Shown here piece by piece: positions 1-9,088 of a DNA stretch of 22,883 bases. The notes under the pieces are model-generated. The model was not told the DNA's origin, ran no database searches, and saw only the letters and a list, made by a program, of their open reading frames with translations. The DNA is from a virus (Duplodnaviria > Heunggongvirae > Uroviricota > Caudoviricetes), in IMG/VR virus record IMGVR_UViG_3300043406_000147. One strand, 5' to 3'. Position 1 is the first letter of the stretch, and every line of letters begins with the position of its first letter. The position numbers and the translations under genes are program-made.

Positions 1-1098
1 AAACCGATGATCCCAATTTGGCTGGAATTCGCTCACTACACCAAGGGTGAAACTGGGCGTGGGTCGCGGGAAAGTTATGCATGGGGGTTGTTGAACCTCA
101 CGTATGTGCCTGATCTACCTGGGGTGACAAAGTTAAAGGAGTACATCCAGTGCTTCTTGCAGAAAACACCTTCATCGTTATCAGTGATGGTCACAGGCGT
201 AGGGACCGAAGACTACCCTGAACTGCTGCTGGCCAACGTGATGGTCAACCGTGTTGCGTATATTGACGCACTGAAAGCGAACGTCAATAGCAACGGAAAA
301 GAAAGCAATGTCATCACCGGCATCTACTACTATATCCGCGGTGCGGCGGAAGGTGGTGGCGCGCAACGAACCGGGGCCAGCGTCAAAGAAAAGCGCCCAC
401 CGACAGACTCGGACACGGGCGATAATCGAGGCTCTGTTCTTGAATCTTACAAGATGCAAGAAACCCTTGATCCTGGCATGGTCACGGCTTTGAGAGTGGA
501 AGCTGATAACCTGGAGCTGATCTCCAGGCGTTTGTTTGGGGAGCTGGATGCCCACAAACAAAAGCTGCTTGACATCTTCTTGGAACGAGCGGGCGAGCAC
601 GTCAACAGACACAAGCATGATTGCCAGACAATCATTGCGCAGTATGTGCTGGCTGGCCTGATCCCGTGCCGCGCTTGGTCAAATTACACAGAACCGCAAA
701 CTTGCAATCTGATCGCGATTGCACAGACATGGCTGTGGGTTGAGAACTTTCAGGTGCTGGCTGCGCTGATAGGCGCATCTGCACTTGGAGATAATCACTC
801 CACCTACATCAGTGGCATGACTTCCAGAACGCGGATACCGCAAACCCATTTGGATGAGATCGAGAAGATCTTCCCGATGGCATTCGCTGAGAATGCTCAG
901 CGTGTGCGTCAAGTCAATCCCATCACGAAAGCGATCGACGCCTTGAACGACGGCCTCAGCGCTTGTGATTGGGAGATTCATTTAACCCCACAAATGACGG
1001 AGTTGCTAACCGGACATCCACAAATCACCACTTTGCAAACCCCAAGCGACATCAAGAAAACACTGGCGGAACTCATCATTCGCCTGAACAAACCCTGA
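1..1098 (+). CDS. Putative nvRNAP promoter-specificity (sigma-like) subunit, phiKZ gp68-like; probably 5'-truncated
   Basis: Frame is open from base 1 (AAA CCG ATG...), so the gene probably starts upstream of the window. It is first in the run gp68-gp69-gp70-beta-beta'-helicase known from phiKZ-like phages. The segments 'EDYPELLLANVMVNRV...NVITGIYYYI' and 'SVLESYKMQE' resemble that family as recalled. Family call is by synteny plus memory. Confidence 0.6.
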   Translation, partial: KPMIPIWLEFAHYTKGETGRGSRESYAWGLLNLTYVPDLPGVTKLKEYIQCFLQKTPSSLSVMVTGVGTEDYPELLLANVMVNRVAYIDALKANVNSNGKESNVITGIYYYIRGAAEGGGAQRTGASVKEKRPPTDSDTGDNRGSVLESYKMQETLDPGMVTALRVEADNLELISRRLFGELDAHKQKLLDIFLERAGEHVNRHKHDCQTIIAQYVLAGLIPCRAWSNYTEPQTCNLIAIAQTWLWVENFQVLAALIGASALGDNHSTYISGMTSRTRIPQTHLDEIEKIFPMAFAENAQRVRQVNPITKAIDALNDGLSACDWEIHLTPQMTELLTGHPQITTLQTPSDIKKTLAELIIRLNKP

Positions 1099-1123
1099 CC
1101 CACTCAAAAAGAGAACCCGCAAC

Positions 1124-2506
1124 ATGTATCCTATCGCCAACCACGCCATGTACTCCGTCAACGGTGTCGAGATCGTTCGAATCCTGATCCAGACAGCCAC
1201 GGAGATGGCGCCCTCGTACACGCGGCCCTATGTGGCCAATGTCACCGACGATGCTCTCCAGGTGCTGATGTCGGACATCAATGGCAGCTCGGCCATCGTG
1301 CCGGGTACGGTCGCCACGGCGGCCGGCATGATTCTGCAACCGAGCACTGTCGCAACAGGCGAAGTCCAGATCCCTCACGGCTGGCACACCCCGCGGTATC
1401 GCTTCGTGTTGTTTGCGCGGCTGCACAAGCACAACGCACCACCCGTGATGCAGGTGGTGAGTGGCTACACCGAGTACAAAGGCGTCTCGCATACTGGACG
1501 CCTTGACCCGGAGATGTGTTTCTTTGTCAATGGGACTGACGTGTACACCGACACATCGTCGGGAGCGCATTCGCGCGCACTGGAATCCAGTCAAGTCTTG
1601 TACAGCTTGTCCGGACAAGGTGTCGGTGATCCGAGCCGTGAGTGCCTCCAGCGACCGCAAGATGTGCTGATGTACTTCAGCAGCGATCTCGACCCGACCA
1701 TGGACTTTACCGGAAACACCACGAAGTTCCTGGGAACAGTGCCGATCAAGAACCACACGCGCCACAACTCTCCGGCACGTTACATGGCCGATTTGCTCTC
1801 GACAGCCAGGGCGGTTTCGAGCGAAGATGCGCTCTATGGCGCACGTGAGCAAATCAGCGCAACCATGCATGCCAATCCGCTGATCCGAAACACGGCAGTC
1901 AGTCGTGACGGACTGATCGCAACGATCGCGGCGAAGAACGGCACCAACATGATGCGCGGTTACTTCACCATGAACGATCTCATGTTGTTGGACCCCAATG
2001 CACCCAACGTGGTGCATCCAATGACCATGGAGATGAGTGGTGCAGGTGGACGAGATGGCATCGACTGGCGCTCCGAAGATCCCAGCACGGTGTTCGCCAC
2101 GGTGATGGCTTCGGGCATTTCCTCCTACATGCGCGACATGGGTGTTCACCAAATGCACTTTGTCGTGGCAACAGGAGCAGAGCCGAACATCGTCACCTGC
2201 AACAGCTTGATGGCGCAATACGACTACTCCACTCAGCTGGATCGTTGGAAGTTCATCGTGAATACTGAGCTGCTCACCGCTGCATCTCAGTGCTACCCGT
2301 ACGGAACCTATGTGCGGGTGGATATGGCGGTGGATCTGTTTGGCATCACCACGATTCGCATGTGGGTGGACGGTATTGCAGGCGAGATGATCTACAGCTG
2401 GCCTTCGTTCTGCGACTCACTGAACTCGTTGGCCATCAGCCGTGACCACTCTGGTGTGCAGAATCTGTACAACCAGATCGGCATTTGTTTGTCACAGGTT
2501 TCCTAA
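1124..2506 (+). CDS. picA: PicA/Imp1-like phage-nucleus protein import factor (phiKZ gp69-like)
   Basis: 460 aa with strong coding bias. Motifs 'RPY', 'IPHGWHTPRYRFVL' and 'SGYTEYKGVSHTGRLDPEMCFFVN' match the recalled gp69 core family. It occupies the syntenic slot between gp68-like and gp70-like genes. Alternative start at ATG 1148. Confidence 0.65.
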   Translation: MYPIANHAMYSVNGVEIVRILIQTATEMAPSYTRPYVANVTDDALQVLMSDINGSSAIVPGTVATAAGMILQPSTVATGEVQIPHGWHTPRYRFVLFARLHKHNAPPVMQVVSGYTEYKGVSHTGRLDPEMCFFVNGTDVYTDTSSGAHSRALESSQVLYSLSGQGVGDPSRECLQRPQDVLMYFSSDLDPTMDFTGNTTKFLGTVPIKNHTRHNSPARYMADLLSTARAVSSEDALYGAREQISATMHANPLIRNTAVSRDGLIATIAAKNGTNMMRGYFTMNDLMLLDPNAPNVVHPMTMEMSGAGGRDGIDWRSEDPSTVFATVMASGISSYMRDMGVHQMHFVVATGAEPNIVTCNSLMAQYDYSTQLDRWKFIVNTELLTAASQCYPYGTYVRVDMAVDLFGITTIRMWVDGIAGEMIYSWPSFCDSLNSLAISRDHSGVQNLYNQIGICLSQVS

Positions 2507-2516
2507 ATCGTGACCA

Positions 2517-2534
2517 GGGGTGCTGAGGCACCCC
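2517..2534 (+). promoter_or_regulatory. GC-rich intergenic hairpin without U-tract (GGGGTGC-TGAG-GCACCCC)
   Basis: Perfect 7-bp inverted repeat with a 4-nt loop between two co-directional genes. It covers the ORF-track GTG at 2520. Confidence 0.5.
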
Positions 2535-2558
2535 GTTCCCCTTCTCTCGAAAGCATCT

Positions 2559-4229
2559 ATGGAACAGACTACCAATCCAACACGTGAAATCCCGCCTGGT
2601 GATGAACCTCTGACGAAAAACAAGGTATGGCTGGCACTGGATGACATGCTGGCACAATGCTCTTTCTTCAGGAAGGAGTCCAAGCTGGTGTATCATCCCA
2701 GCGAGCAGCGTCCGTACGAGATCGACGACAAGGCGCTGGTGATCCCTACGCTGAATCCGAAGATTCGCAATGATGCCAACTTCATGATGTTCAACCCGCT
2801 GATCGACGGTGGTGGTGGCGTCAACAAGTGTGTGGACTTGCTCATGACCAACATGGGAAAGACGCTGCATGTGCGCATGCTCCAGTTCATCAGCGAGTGC
2901 ATCAGTCTGGGTGTGAACACGGGTAGTCATGCGCAATTCGTGTCTACCCAATACGACATCCTGCAAATCCTGAAAGATGTCGACCAGACTCTGATGGACA
3001 ACTGGCTGAAGGTTTTGCAAAAGCGCACCTTCAGTCAAGAAGCGGCGTGTGTGTCTTTCCATCTGCGTCGCAATGGAAACGTGCGTGGGAAAAACTACGG
3101 CCGAGTTTGCGTGGCCAGGTTTCCGTTTTACGAGGTGTGTGCCAAGGGTGAGCGGCGCATCGCTGGAGTTTCTTTTCGCAAGAAGGATTTCGAGACCTTC
3201 AAGAAGCTCTTCGAGTACGTCTTCCCTGGCCTGAACGATTTGGAACGATGGTCGTTTGGGATGAACGGCATGAGCAGTGTGCAAGCCAAGGCACTGACTG
3301 TCGGCTTCCGTGAAGTGGCCACTGCCATCAACGAAGTCACCACGATGCTGGCTGATCGAATGACGATGCCCGAGAAGTGTCTGACCAATCTGGATTGGGT
3401 GGACACCATTCTGAACATCGAAAGCCCAGACCTGCTGGCTGATTTGCACGCACTGCCAACCATGCTGGTCTCAAAAGAAACAACAGCAGTGACACCAGTT
3501 GCAGCTCCGGCGATTATTCCGCCGAAGCGCATGGGTGAAATCCCCCCTGCTCCCGCAATCATTCCACCGCCTGAAAAGAAATTCATCAATCAACAAGCAG
3601 CACGCGCGCCTGCGCCGTCGACTCCGGTACGAGCGGCGACACCCATGACTGAGACGGCCAGTTCGCCGGCTGAGAAAACCGAGGGGATCAGTCTGACCGA
3701 GCTTCTGAAGAAACGGGCAGCAACTGCAGCGGTGGCTCCCTCGGCCTACCCACAATCGACACCTGGTGCTGCACGGATGATTGTCGATGCATCGGGACAA
3801 AGCTGGGTGGTGCATCCAGATGGTCGGATGGTGGCACTGGTTGGGGGCGCTGTGAATTTACCCGCTGCTGCTCCCCAAGTTCCTGTGATTGACGCCACAA
3901 CGCCGGTCGACCAAGGCCCGGACGGGCGACATTATTTCCGGACGAACATGGGACCCGTTCCTGCGCGATGGGAAGGCAATCGCTGGGTTCCAGCCGGGCC
4001 TCCGGTCCAGAACACGCTGCCGCAAAATGGATCACTCCCGCCGGCCCATCAGGTCCTGCAACGCCCTGCTTGGGCGACGACAAATAGCGTCACGACGCTT
4101 GGGTCATCACTGCCGCCGGCTTCTACAGGCTGGGGTGCTCCTGTGAATCCGAACGTGTCAACTGGCTGGCTGCCTTCGGCTCCAGCTGCTGCAGTCAACC
4201 GAGGTGGATCGGGCTGGTACAACCAGTAA
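2559..4229 (+). CDS. Conserved chimallivirus core protein (phiKZ gp70-like): folded N-terminal domain plus Pro/Ala/Gly-rich disordered C-terminal region
   Basis: Long ORF in the syntenic position before RNAP beta. GTG 2520 lies inside a hairpin, so in-frame ATG 2559 (MEQTTNP) is preferred. The last ~250 aa are low complexity. Confidence 0.65.
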   Translation: MEQTTNPTREIPPGDEPLTKNKVWLALDDMLAQCSFFRKESKLVYHPSEQRPYEIDDKALVIPTLNPKIRNDANFMMFNPLIDGGGGVNKCVDLLMTNMGKTLHVRMLQFISECISLGVNTGSHAQFVSTQYDILQILKDVDQTLMDNWLKVLQKRTFSQEAACVSFHLRRNGNVRGKNYGRVCVARFPFYEVCAKGERRIAGVSFRKKDFETFKKLFEYVFPGLNDLERWSFGMNGMSSVQAKALTVGFREVATAINEVTTMLADRMTMPEKCLTNLDWVDTILNIESPDLLADLHALPTMLVSKETTAVTPVAAPAIIPPKRMGEIPPAPAIIPPPEKKFINQQAARAPAPSTPVRAATPMTETASSPAEKTEGISLTELLKKRAATAAVAPSAYPQSTPGAARMIVDASGQSWVVHPDGRMVALVGGAVNLPAAAPQVPVIDATTPVDQGPDGRHYFRTNMGPVPARWEGNRWVPAGPPVQNTLPQNGSLPPAHQVLQRPAWATTNSVTTLGSSLPPASTGWGAPVNPNVSTGWLPSAPAAAVNRGGSGWYNQ

Positions 4230-4261
4230 CCGTGTAGCGACTTCCTCATAAGGGAAGTGCA

Positions 4262-4294
4262 TCATAAATGGGAGGCCGGGCCTCCCATTTATGC
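4262..4294. terminator. Palindromic (bidirectional) terminator-like element, copy 1
   Basis: CATAAATGGGAGGC-CGG-GCCTCCCATTTATG is a 14-bp perfect stem between convergent genes. A T-rich tract follows at 4301-4312, and a second small hairpin (ACTTCC...GGAAGT, 4240-4258) precedes it. Confidence 0.8.
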
Positions 4295-4310
4295 CTCACC
4301 TTTCTTTTTT

Positions 4311-4658
4311 TTACACAATGAAACCTTCTTGAGAATACTGCTGAAGGATACGAATTTTATTGATGGCGCCCTCACTGGGGAGGTACAGCATCAATTTATC
4401 AGGGGTGAATTCACTTGGGTGAAGCATGGAATTCACACGCATGATGATCCAATGGAATTTGACCGCCACACCTATCTGTAAGAGGTATCTGTAAAAGTCC
4501 CCGTAGTGTGGGTGGGCTTTTTCTTTGTCAATCGCCACCACTTTTGTGTCTGGGTGGGCTCGAAGGAACTCCAGGTGTGCACTCAAGACATCGAAGAACT
4601 CTTTTTTGAAGAAGATATCATCGTCTACCGCAGCCATCATACTGTCAATCTTCATCAC
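4311..4658 (-). CDS. Small conserved jumbo-phage protein, possibly LysM-like/gp53-gpX-type baseplate component
   Basis: 115 aa, preceded by SD TAGGAG about 5 nt before GTG/ATG (4658/4655). 'HYGDFYRYL...HWIIMRVNSMLHPSEF...LYLP' resembles the YG..W.I...N...P....L.IP pattern of phage tail LysM-like proteins. The gene is solid; the function is inference. Confidence 0.65.
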   Translation of the reverse strand: MMKIDSMMAAVDDDIFFKKEFFDVLSAHLEFLRAHPDTKVVAIDKEKAHPHYGDFYRYLLQIGVAVKFHWIIMRVNSMLHPSEFTPDKLMLYLPSEGAINKIRILQQYSQEGFIV

Positions 4659-4779
4659 AAAACTCCTAAAATTTGCCGCAAGATCATTATGATTGGAAAA
4701 ATATACAGGCGTGTACTATAGAGATGAACGCATGTTCACTTTGTCTTACTCCACTGGCTGGGAATACGGAAGAAACCGC

Positions 4780-6981
4780 ATGGTAAAGCAAGACTATACA
4801 CCTAAGAAGACGCACACCGCAGAAGAGCTTGAGAATTACTACAAAAGCCCGGACGGCGAGAAAGTTCAGCTGCACCCGTCGCTGCTGAGTATCACCAGCA
4901 TGACTCCGATTCCGCGAGCACTGAGTTCCAGTCGGGCTCAGATGTTCAATGCGCACATCGGCGCATGCGCGGTTGTGAAAGGTGCCAACGTCCGCACCCT
5001 CCAAACGGGTGTCGAAATGGATGTGGGGAAGTACACATTCAACATTAAGATGCCTTTCGACGGCATCGTGCTGGCTGTACTGGAGCGTTACAGCAAACAA
5101 ACACTCGCAAAAGATCGAATCGAGGAGTCCCCTGAGATTGTGGTGGTGGTGGAGAATGCAGAGACCGGTGAGGTTGATGCAATCGTTCTGCCGAAGTATT
5201 GCAGCCATCACACTTACTTCGGGTTCAAGTACCGCCATGGACCAGGCATGAGCATGCTGGTCCCCAAGATGGGTATCCCGAAAGGGACCGTCTTCTTGGA
5301 GTCGCCGAACGTGACGGAAGAAGGCGACTACATGTTTGGTGCTGAGGTGAATGTTGCTTTGGCAACGCTGCCTGCTGGTGCTGAGGATTCGGTTTTGTTT
5401 CGGCGAGGAGCGCTGAAGAAATTCACGTACAACGTCTACTACAGTGTGGTAGTGGAATACGGTCGTGACGACTACCCGCTCAACTGCTACGGGAATGACG
5501 AAGTCTACAAACCTCACCCGGACATTGGTGAGTACATTCGGCCAGACGGCTTGCTCATGGCCACACGCTCGTTTGAGCCGAGCATCCTTGCGCCAGCGCT
5601 GATGAGTGTGAAAGCTTGTCAGAAAGTTGATCCAATATTCGACAACACGATCTACGTTCAAGGCCATGGTGGTAAGGTGATTGACATCATCGTCCACCAC
5701 GATCAAGACACGGTTAGTCGTGCTCCCTTTGTTGAACAACAAGGGATGAAATACCACAACAGTCGTTTACAGTTCTGTGAGAAACTGATTGCGTTGGATG
5801 AAGAACTCACCCGGCGAATCGGCACGAACCTCAAGCGCCTGCCAAAGTACCATTCGCTGGTGGTGGAAGCCATCAGTGTCGCGAACCCCAGACGAACCGA
5901 ACGAGAAGGCGCTGGTCGCACTGGTGCACGTGTTCGAAAGATTCACCGGCAAGACAGGATTGCTCGGTTCTTCACGGAATTCATCATCGAGTATGAACTG
6001 ACACCTGGAATCGGATCAAAGGTCACTGGTGCACACGGTGACAAAGGTGTGAATTGCCAGATCGCTGAAGATCACGAAATGCCCATGGATAGCGATGGAA
6101 ACATTGCAGACGTGGTGTTCGATCCGGCTGGCACCGCAAACCGAATGAATCCGTCCCGCACCTACGAGCAGTATTTCACTGGTGCTTCTCGTGATGCTCG
6201 GAAACATATTTGCAAGGAACTTGGAATTCCTGTTGACGAAAAGAAGCATGTTGCTGCGTCGAAGCTGATGCGCATGCCAATTGAAAAGGTCCGGTGGGCG
6301 CTCGACTACTGCATGGGGCTGCACCGAATCATCAACCCAACCATTGGCAAGTGGTATGACGAAGGGGTCATTGGAAAAGACCCGGTGGACTATGTTGCCA
6401 CCATCATTTCGTCCGGATTGACAATCCACATGCCAACGGACAATCAAAAGGAAATCACGGACACAGTCCTTGAAATTGAAAAGACATGCTATCGCCCGGT
6501 GTATGGTCCGATCACGTACATCGGTAACAGTGGCAAGCGTGTGACCACTAAGCGACCTGTTCGGATTGGGGGCATCTACCTGATGCTGCTCGACAAAGAC
6601 GGTCGGGACGGCAATGCGTGCGGTATCAGTCGGCGTAACCATTCAGGTGTGCCGGCCCAGATGCGCAAAGACATGAAGCGCAGTTCTCCCACACGCGAGC
6701 AAGCGGTGCGCTGCTGGGACGAAGCTGGTATCCGCGTGGTGTCCAGTTACTGCGGTGGGGATGTAGCCGCTGAAGTGATCGACCGCAATAACAGCTACCA
6801 GTCAACTCTGGCGCTGGCGCTGAACATCATCAAGGCAGACAAGCCGAGTTACATCCAACGTGTGGTAGATCGGAGTGTAGTTCCGATTGGTGGTGCTGCG
6901 CCACTTCAATTGGTGAAACACATTTGTGAGTGTGCAGGCTTCGAGTTTGCCTACATCCCACACAACTACCAAACGAAATAA
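4780..6981 (+). CDS. rpoB: Non-virion RNA polymerase beta subunit, C-terminal half (phiKZ gp71/73-like)
   Basis: Beta motifs: 'SSSRAQMFNAHIG', 'AEDS', 'KPHPDIGEYIRPDG', 'KVTGAHGDKGV' (cf. bacterial KMAGRHGNKGV), 'DVVFDPAGTANRMNPSRTYE' (cf. DIVLNPLGVPSRMN), 'GGIYLMLLDK'. Start uncertain: ATG 4780 preferred; ATG 4732 or TTG 4693 possible. Confidence 0.92.
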   Translation: MVKQDYTPKKTHTAEELENYYKSPDGEKVQLHPSLLSITSMTPIPRALSSSRAQMFNAHIGACAVVKGANVRTLQTGVEMDVGKYTFNIKMPFDGIVLAVLERYSKQTLAKDRIEESPEIVVVVENAETGEVDAIVLPKYCSHHTYFGFKYRHGPGMSMLVPKMGIPKGTVFLESPNVTEEGDYMFGAEVNVALATLPAGAEDSVLFRRGALKKFTYNVYYSVVVEYGRDDYPLNCYGNDEVYKPHPDIGEYIRPDGLLMATRSFEPSILAPALMSVKACQKVDPIFDNTIYVQGHGGKVIDIIVHHDQDTVSRAPFVEQQGMKYHNSRLQFCEKLIALDEELTRRIGTNLKRLPKYHSLVVEAISVANPRRTEREGAGRTGARVRKIHRQDRIARFFTEFIIEYELTPGIGSKVTGAHGDKGVNCQIAEDHEMPMDSDGNIADVVFDPAGTANRMNPSRTYEQYFTGASRDARKHICKELGIPVDEKKHVAASKLMRMPIEKVRWALDYCMGLHRIINPTIGKWYDEGVIGKDPVDYVATIISSGLTIHMPTDNQKEITDTVLEIEKTCYRPVYGPITYIGNSGKRVTTKRPVRIGGIYLMLLDKDGRDGNACGISRRNHSGVPAQMRKDMKRSSPTREQAVRCWDEAGIRVVSSYCGGDVAAEVIDRNNSYQSTLALALNIIKADKPSYIQRVVDRSVVPIGGAAPLQLVKHICECAGFEFAYIPHNYQTK

Positions 6982-6993
6982 AAGGAGCATCAC

Positions 6994-9012
6994 ATGTTTC
7001 GCCAACGCCTGTCTGCTCGTAAGCTCCTGAACGCTGACATTGAAAACCTTTGGAGAAATCTGAAGGGTAATTTCACCGTGGTCTTTGATGACGGTGAAGT
7101 GGACTGTAACGAAAAAGGCATCCAGTTCAGTCATTACATCTGGGAATATCACCGGCAGTACCCGAGGACGCCTCTGCTGATGAAGCATTTCTTACCGAAG
7201 CTGCTGAAAAGCAACACGGTGAATGCGGATGCGCACATCAGCTTACTTCGGGAGGCTGTGTTTGATACCTACGATGCATACAAGGATTCAGTTGAAGACC
7301 CTCACGTCTTCCTGGATCAACTGGCAGAGCTGACCTACCGGATCGCAAACAAACTCTACAACGAGCTGAGCTACCGACTGGAAGAGTACGTCAGCTCAAT
7401 CGACATTCTGGACTTCTTGGAGTTGGCATGTCATCCAGAAATCAAGAAGGCAGTTGCCGAAGCACCGCATAACCAAACAGGCATTGACCAGCTGTACAAG
7501 TTCGCAAAAGAACTCATGGTCACTGACGCGGGGCTGCGTGAAAACAACCTGGTGTGCTGTGCAACCGCTGGCATCATCAAAATGCCTCAGGTGCTTCAAT
7601 GCTGCGTGGTACGCGGCTACCTGACGGACATTAATTCGAGAATCTATCCCGTCCCCATCATGCGTGGTTTTGTGCATGGTCTGGTATCTCTGCCGGACTA
7701 TGCCATGGAAAGCCGTTCTGCTGCCAAAGCACTGGCGTTCTCGGAAGAGCCATTACAAAATGCGGAATTCTTCTCAAGACGCCAGCAGCTGATCTGCATG
7801 AAGATCGAGCGGCTGCACCGGGGGGATTGTGGATCACAAAGCTATCTGACTTGGCGTGTTCAAGACGCCGTGGTCATCGATGGCATCAAGCTCTCCAACT
7901 GCGATCTGGAAACCATCGTCGGGAAATACTACCTGGGCGATGATGGCAGATTGCATGTCATTAAACTGACCGACCGGCATTTGATCGGAAAGACGCTCAA
8001 GCTTCGCTCAGTCATGGCGGGTTGCAGGCATCCTGATCCCTATGGGATTTGTGAGACTTGCTTTGGGCAACTCGGAGAGACCATTCCTCCGGAAACAAAC
8101 ATTGGTCACCACTGCTGTGTTACCGAAAAGGAACTGGTGGTTCAAAACGTGCTGAGCACCAAACACTACGACGGCTCGTCAGTGGTGGAAGGTATTCGCC
8201 TACAAAGCAGGGCACGCAAGTACCTGTGGTCGCGAACAAACGGTAGCGAGTACCACATCAACCGCTCCTTGAAGTACAAGAAGTTGGTCCTTCTGGTGAA
8301 AACAGAACAGGCACCTTCTCTTACTGACTTGGAAAAAGTGGATGACTGTGGTATTCTGAACATCGAGCGCATCAGCTCGTTCGAAACGGTTCACTTCATC
8401 ATCACTTGGGAAAACGGCAAGACCGAAGAAGTCGAGCTGCAACTGGTGCTCAACAAACGCTGTGCCAGCATGACGCACGATTTCCTGGCGTACGTGAAGC
8501 AAAAGGGCTGGCGCGTGGGTGAGGACCGGAACTACCGGATCGACATCAGCGACTGGACGCCAGAAAAGCCAATGTTCTCGCTGCCGATCCGTCACTTCAA
8601 CATGGCGGATCACCAAAAGGCCATGGAGGACTTCCTTGAAAAAGAAGACCCCATCAAGGTCAGTGAAGGCAAGAGCCAAAGTCAGCTGGTGCGGGAATAC
8701 CACGATCTGGTGAATCGCAAGATTCCGGTGAATCTGGCCGTGCTCGAAGTCATTTTGCTTGCCAACCTGGTGACTGACGCCGGTAATCAAGCTGGCCTCT
8801 TTAAGGAGGGTATGCAGGTCGCCAAGGGGGTCTTGAGAGAAATCTACGAGACAGGCAGCGTGAGCGCTCTGATGGCCTTCCAGGGCCATAAGCGCGCACT
8901 GACCTCGGCCAGACAAATGATCATGACTCAAAGGCCCGATCATATCTTCGATGATCTGATCATGCCGTACGAATGCAGCGTCTGGCGATCGGATCGGATC
9001 GTCTACGCCTGA
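6994..9012 (+). CDS. rpoC: Non-virion RNA polymerase beta' subunit, C-terminal part (phiKZ gp74-like)
   Basis: SD AAGGAG before ATG 6994. Bridge-helix-like 'ESRSAAKALAFSEEPLQNAEFFSRR', Zn site 'GDCGS...RSVMAGCRHPDPYGICETCFG', trigger-loop-like 'NVLSTKHYDGS'. No DxDGD here, as expected for the split enzyme. Confidence 0.92.
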   Translation: MFRQRLSARKLLNADIENLWRNLKGNFTVVFDDGEVDCNEKGIQFSHYIWEYHRQYPRTPLLMKHFLPKLLKSNTVNADAHISLLREAVFDTYDAYKDSVEDPHVFLDQLAELTYRIANKLYNELSYRLEEYVSSIDILDFLELACHPEIKKAVAEAPHNQTGIDQLYKFAKELMVTDAGLRENNLVCCATAGIIKMPQVLQCCVVRGYLTDINSRIYPVPIMRGFVHGLVSLPDYAMESRSAAKALAFSEEPLQNAEFFSRRQQLICMKIERLHRGDCGSQSYLTWRVQDAVVIDGIKLSNCDLETIVGKYYLGDDGRLHVIKLTDRHLIGKTLKLRSVMAGCRHPDPYGICETCFGQLGETIPPETNIGHHCCVTEKELVVQNVLSTKHYDGSSVVEGIRLQSRARKYLWSRTNGSEYHINRSLKYKKLVLLVKTEQAPSLTDLEKVDDCGILNIERISSFETVHFIITWENGKTEEVELQLVLNKRCASMTHDFLAYVKQKGWRVGEDRNYRIDISDWTPEKPMFSLPIRHFNMADHQKAMEDFLEKEDPIKVSEGKSQSQLVREYHDLVNRKIPVNLAVLEVILLANLVTDAGNQAGLFKEGMQVAKGVLREIYETGSVSALMAFQGHKRALTSARQMIMTQRPDHIFDDLIMPYECSVWRSDRIVYA

Positions 9013-9028
9013 CACCTAGGGTGCTGAA

Positions 9029-9088
9029 ATTCGTCAGTGGGGTGCGTGCAGTTGAGGCTGCATTCACTTCACTGACGAATCTTTTTCT
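9029..9088 (+). terminator. Long (23-bp arm) hairpin followed by a T-tract
   Basis: ATTCGTCAGTGGGGTGCGTGCAG (9029-9051) pairs with CTGCATTCACTTCACTGACGAAT (9058-9080): 19 Watson-Crick pairs, 3 G-U and 1 mismatch. CTTTTTCT follows. Confidence 0.75.

Noticed and set aside
1076-3449. Long minus-strand ORFs 1076-2218 (380 aa) and 2436-3449 (337 aa)
   Set aside because: They are antisense shadows of real genes with C/G-ending codon bias: His/Arg/Val-rich, without SD or motifs.
4687-5757. 356-aa minus-strand ORF
   Set aside because: Antisense to the clearly recognisable RNAP beta gene, with shadow-type composition.
4693-9012. Bacterial rpoBC operon interpretation
   Set aside because: The subunits are split halves of ~700 aa, highly diverged, with no ribosomal protein genes nearby. 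The arrangement matches phiKZ-type nvRNAP.
4693-9012. Intron, intein or HNH insertion in the RNAP genes (phiKZ gp71-73 is interrupted)
   Set aside because: Both frames are continuous, of the expected length, and show no splicing or endonuclease motifs.
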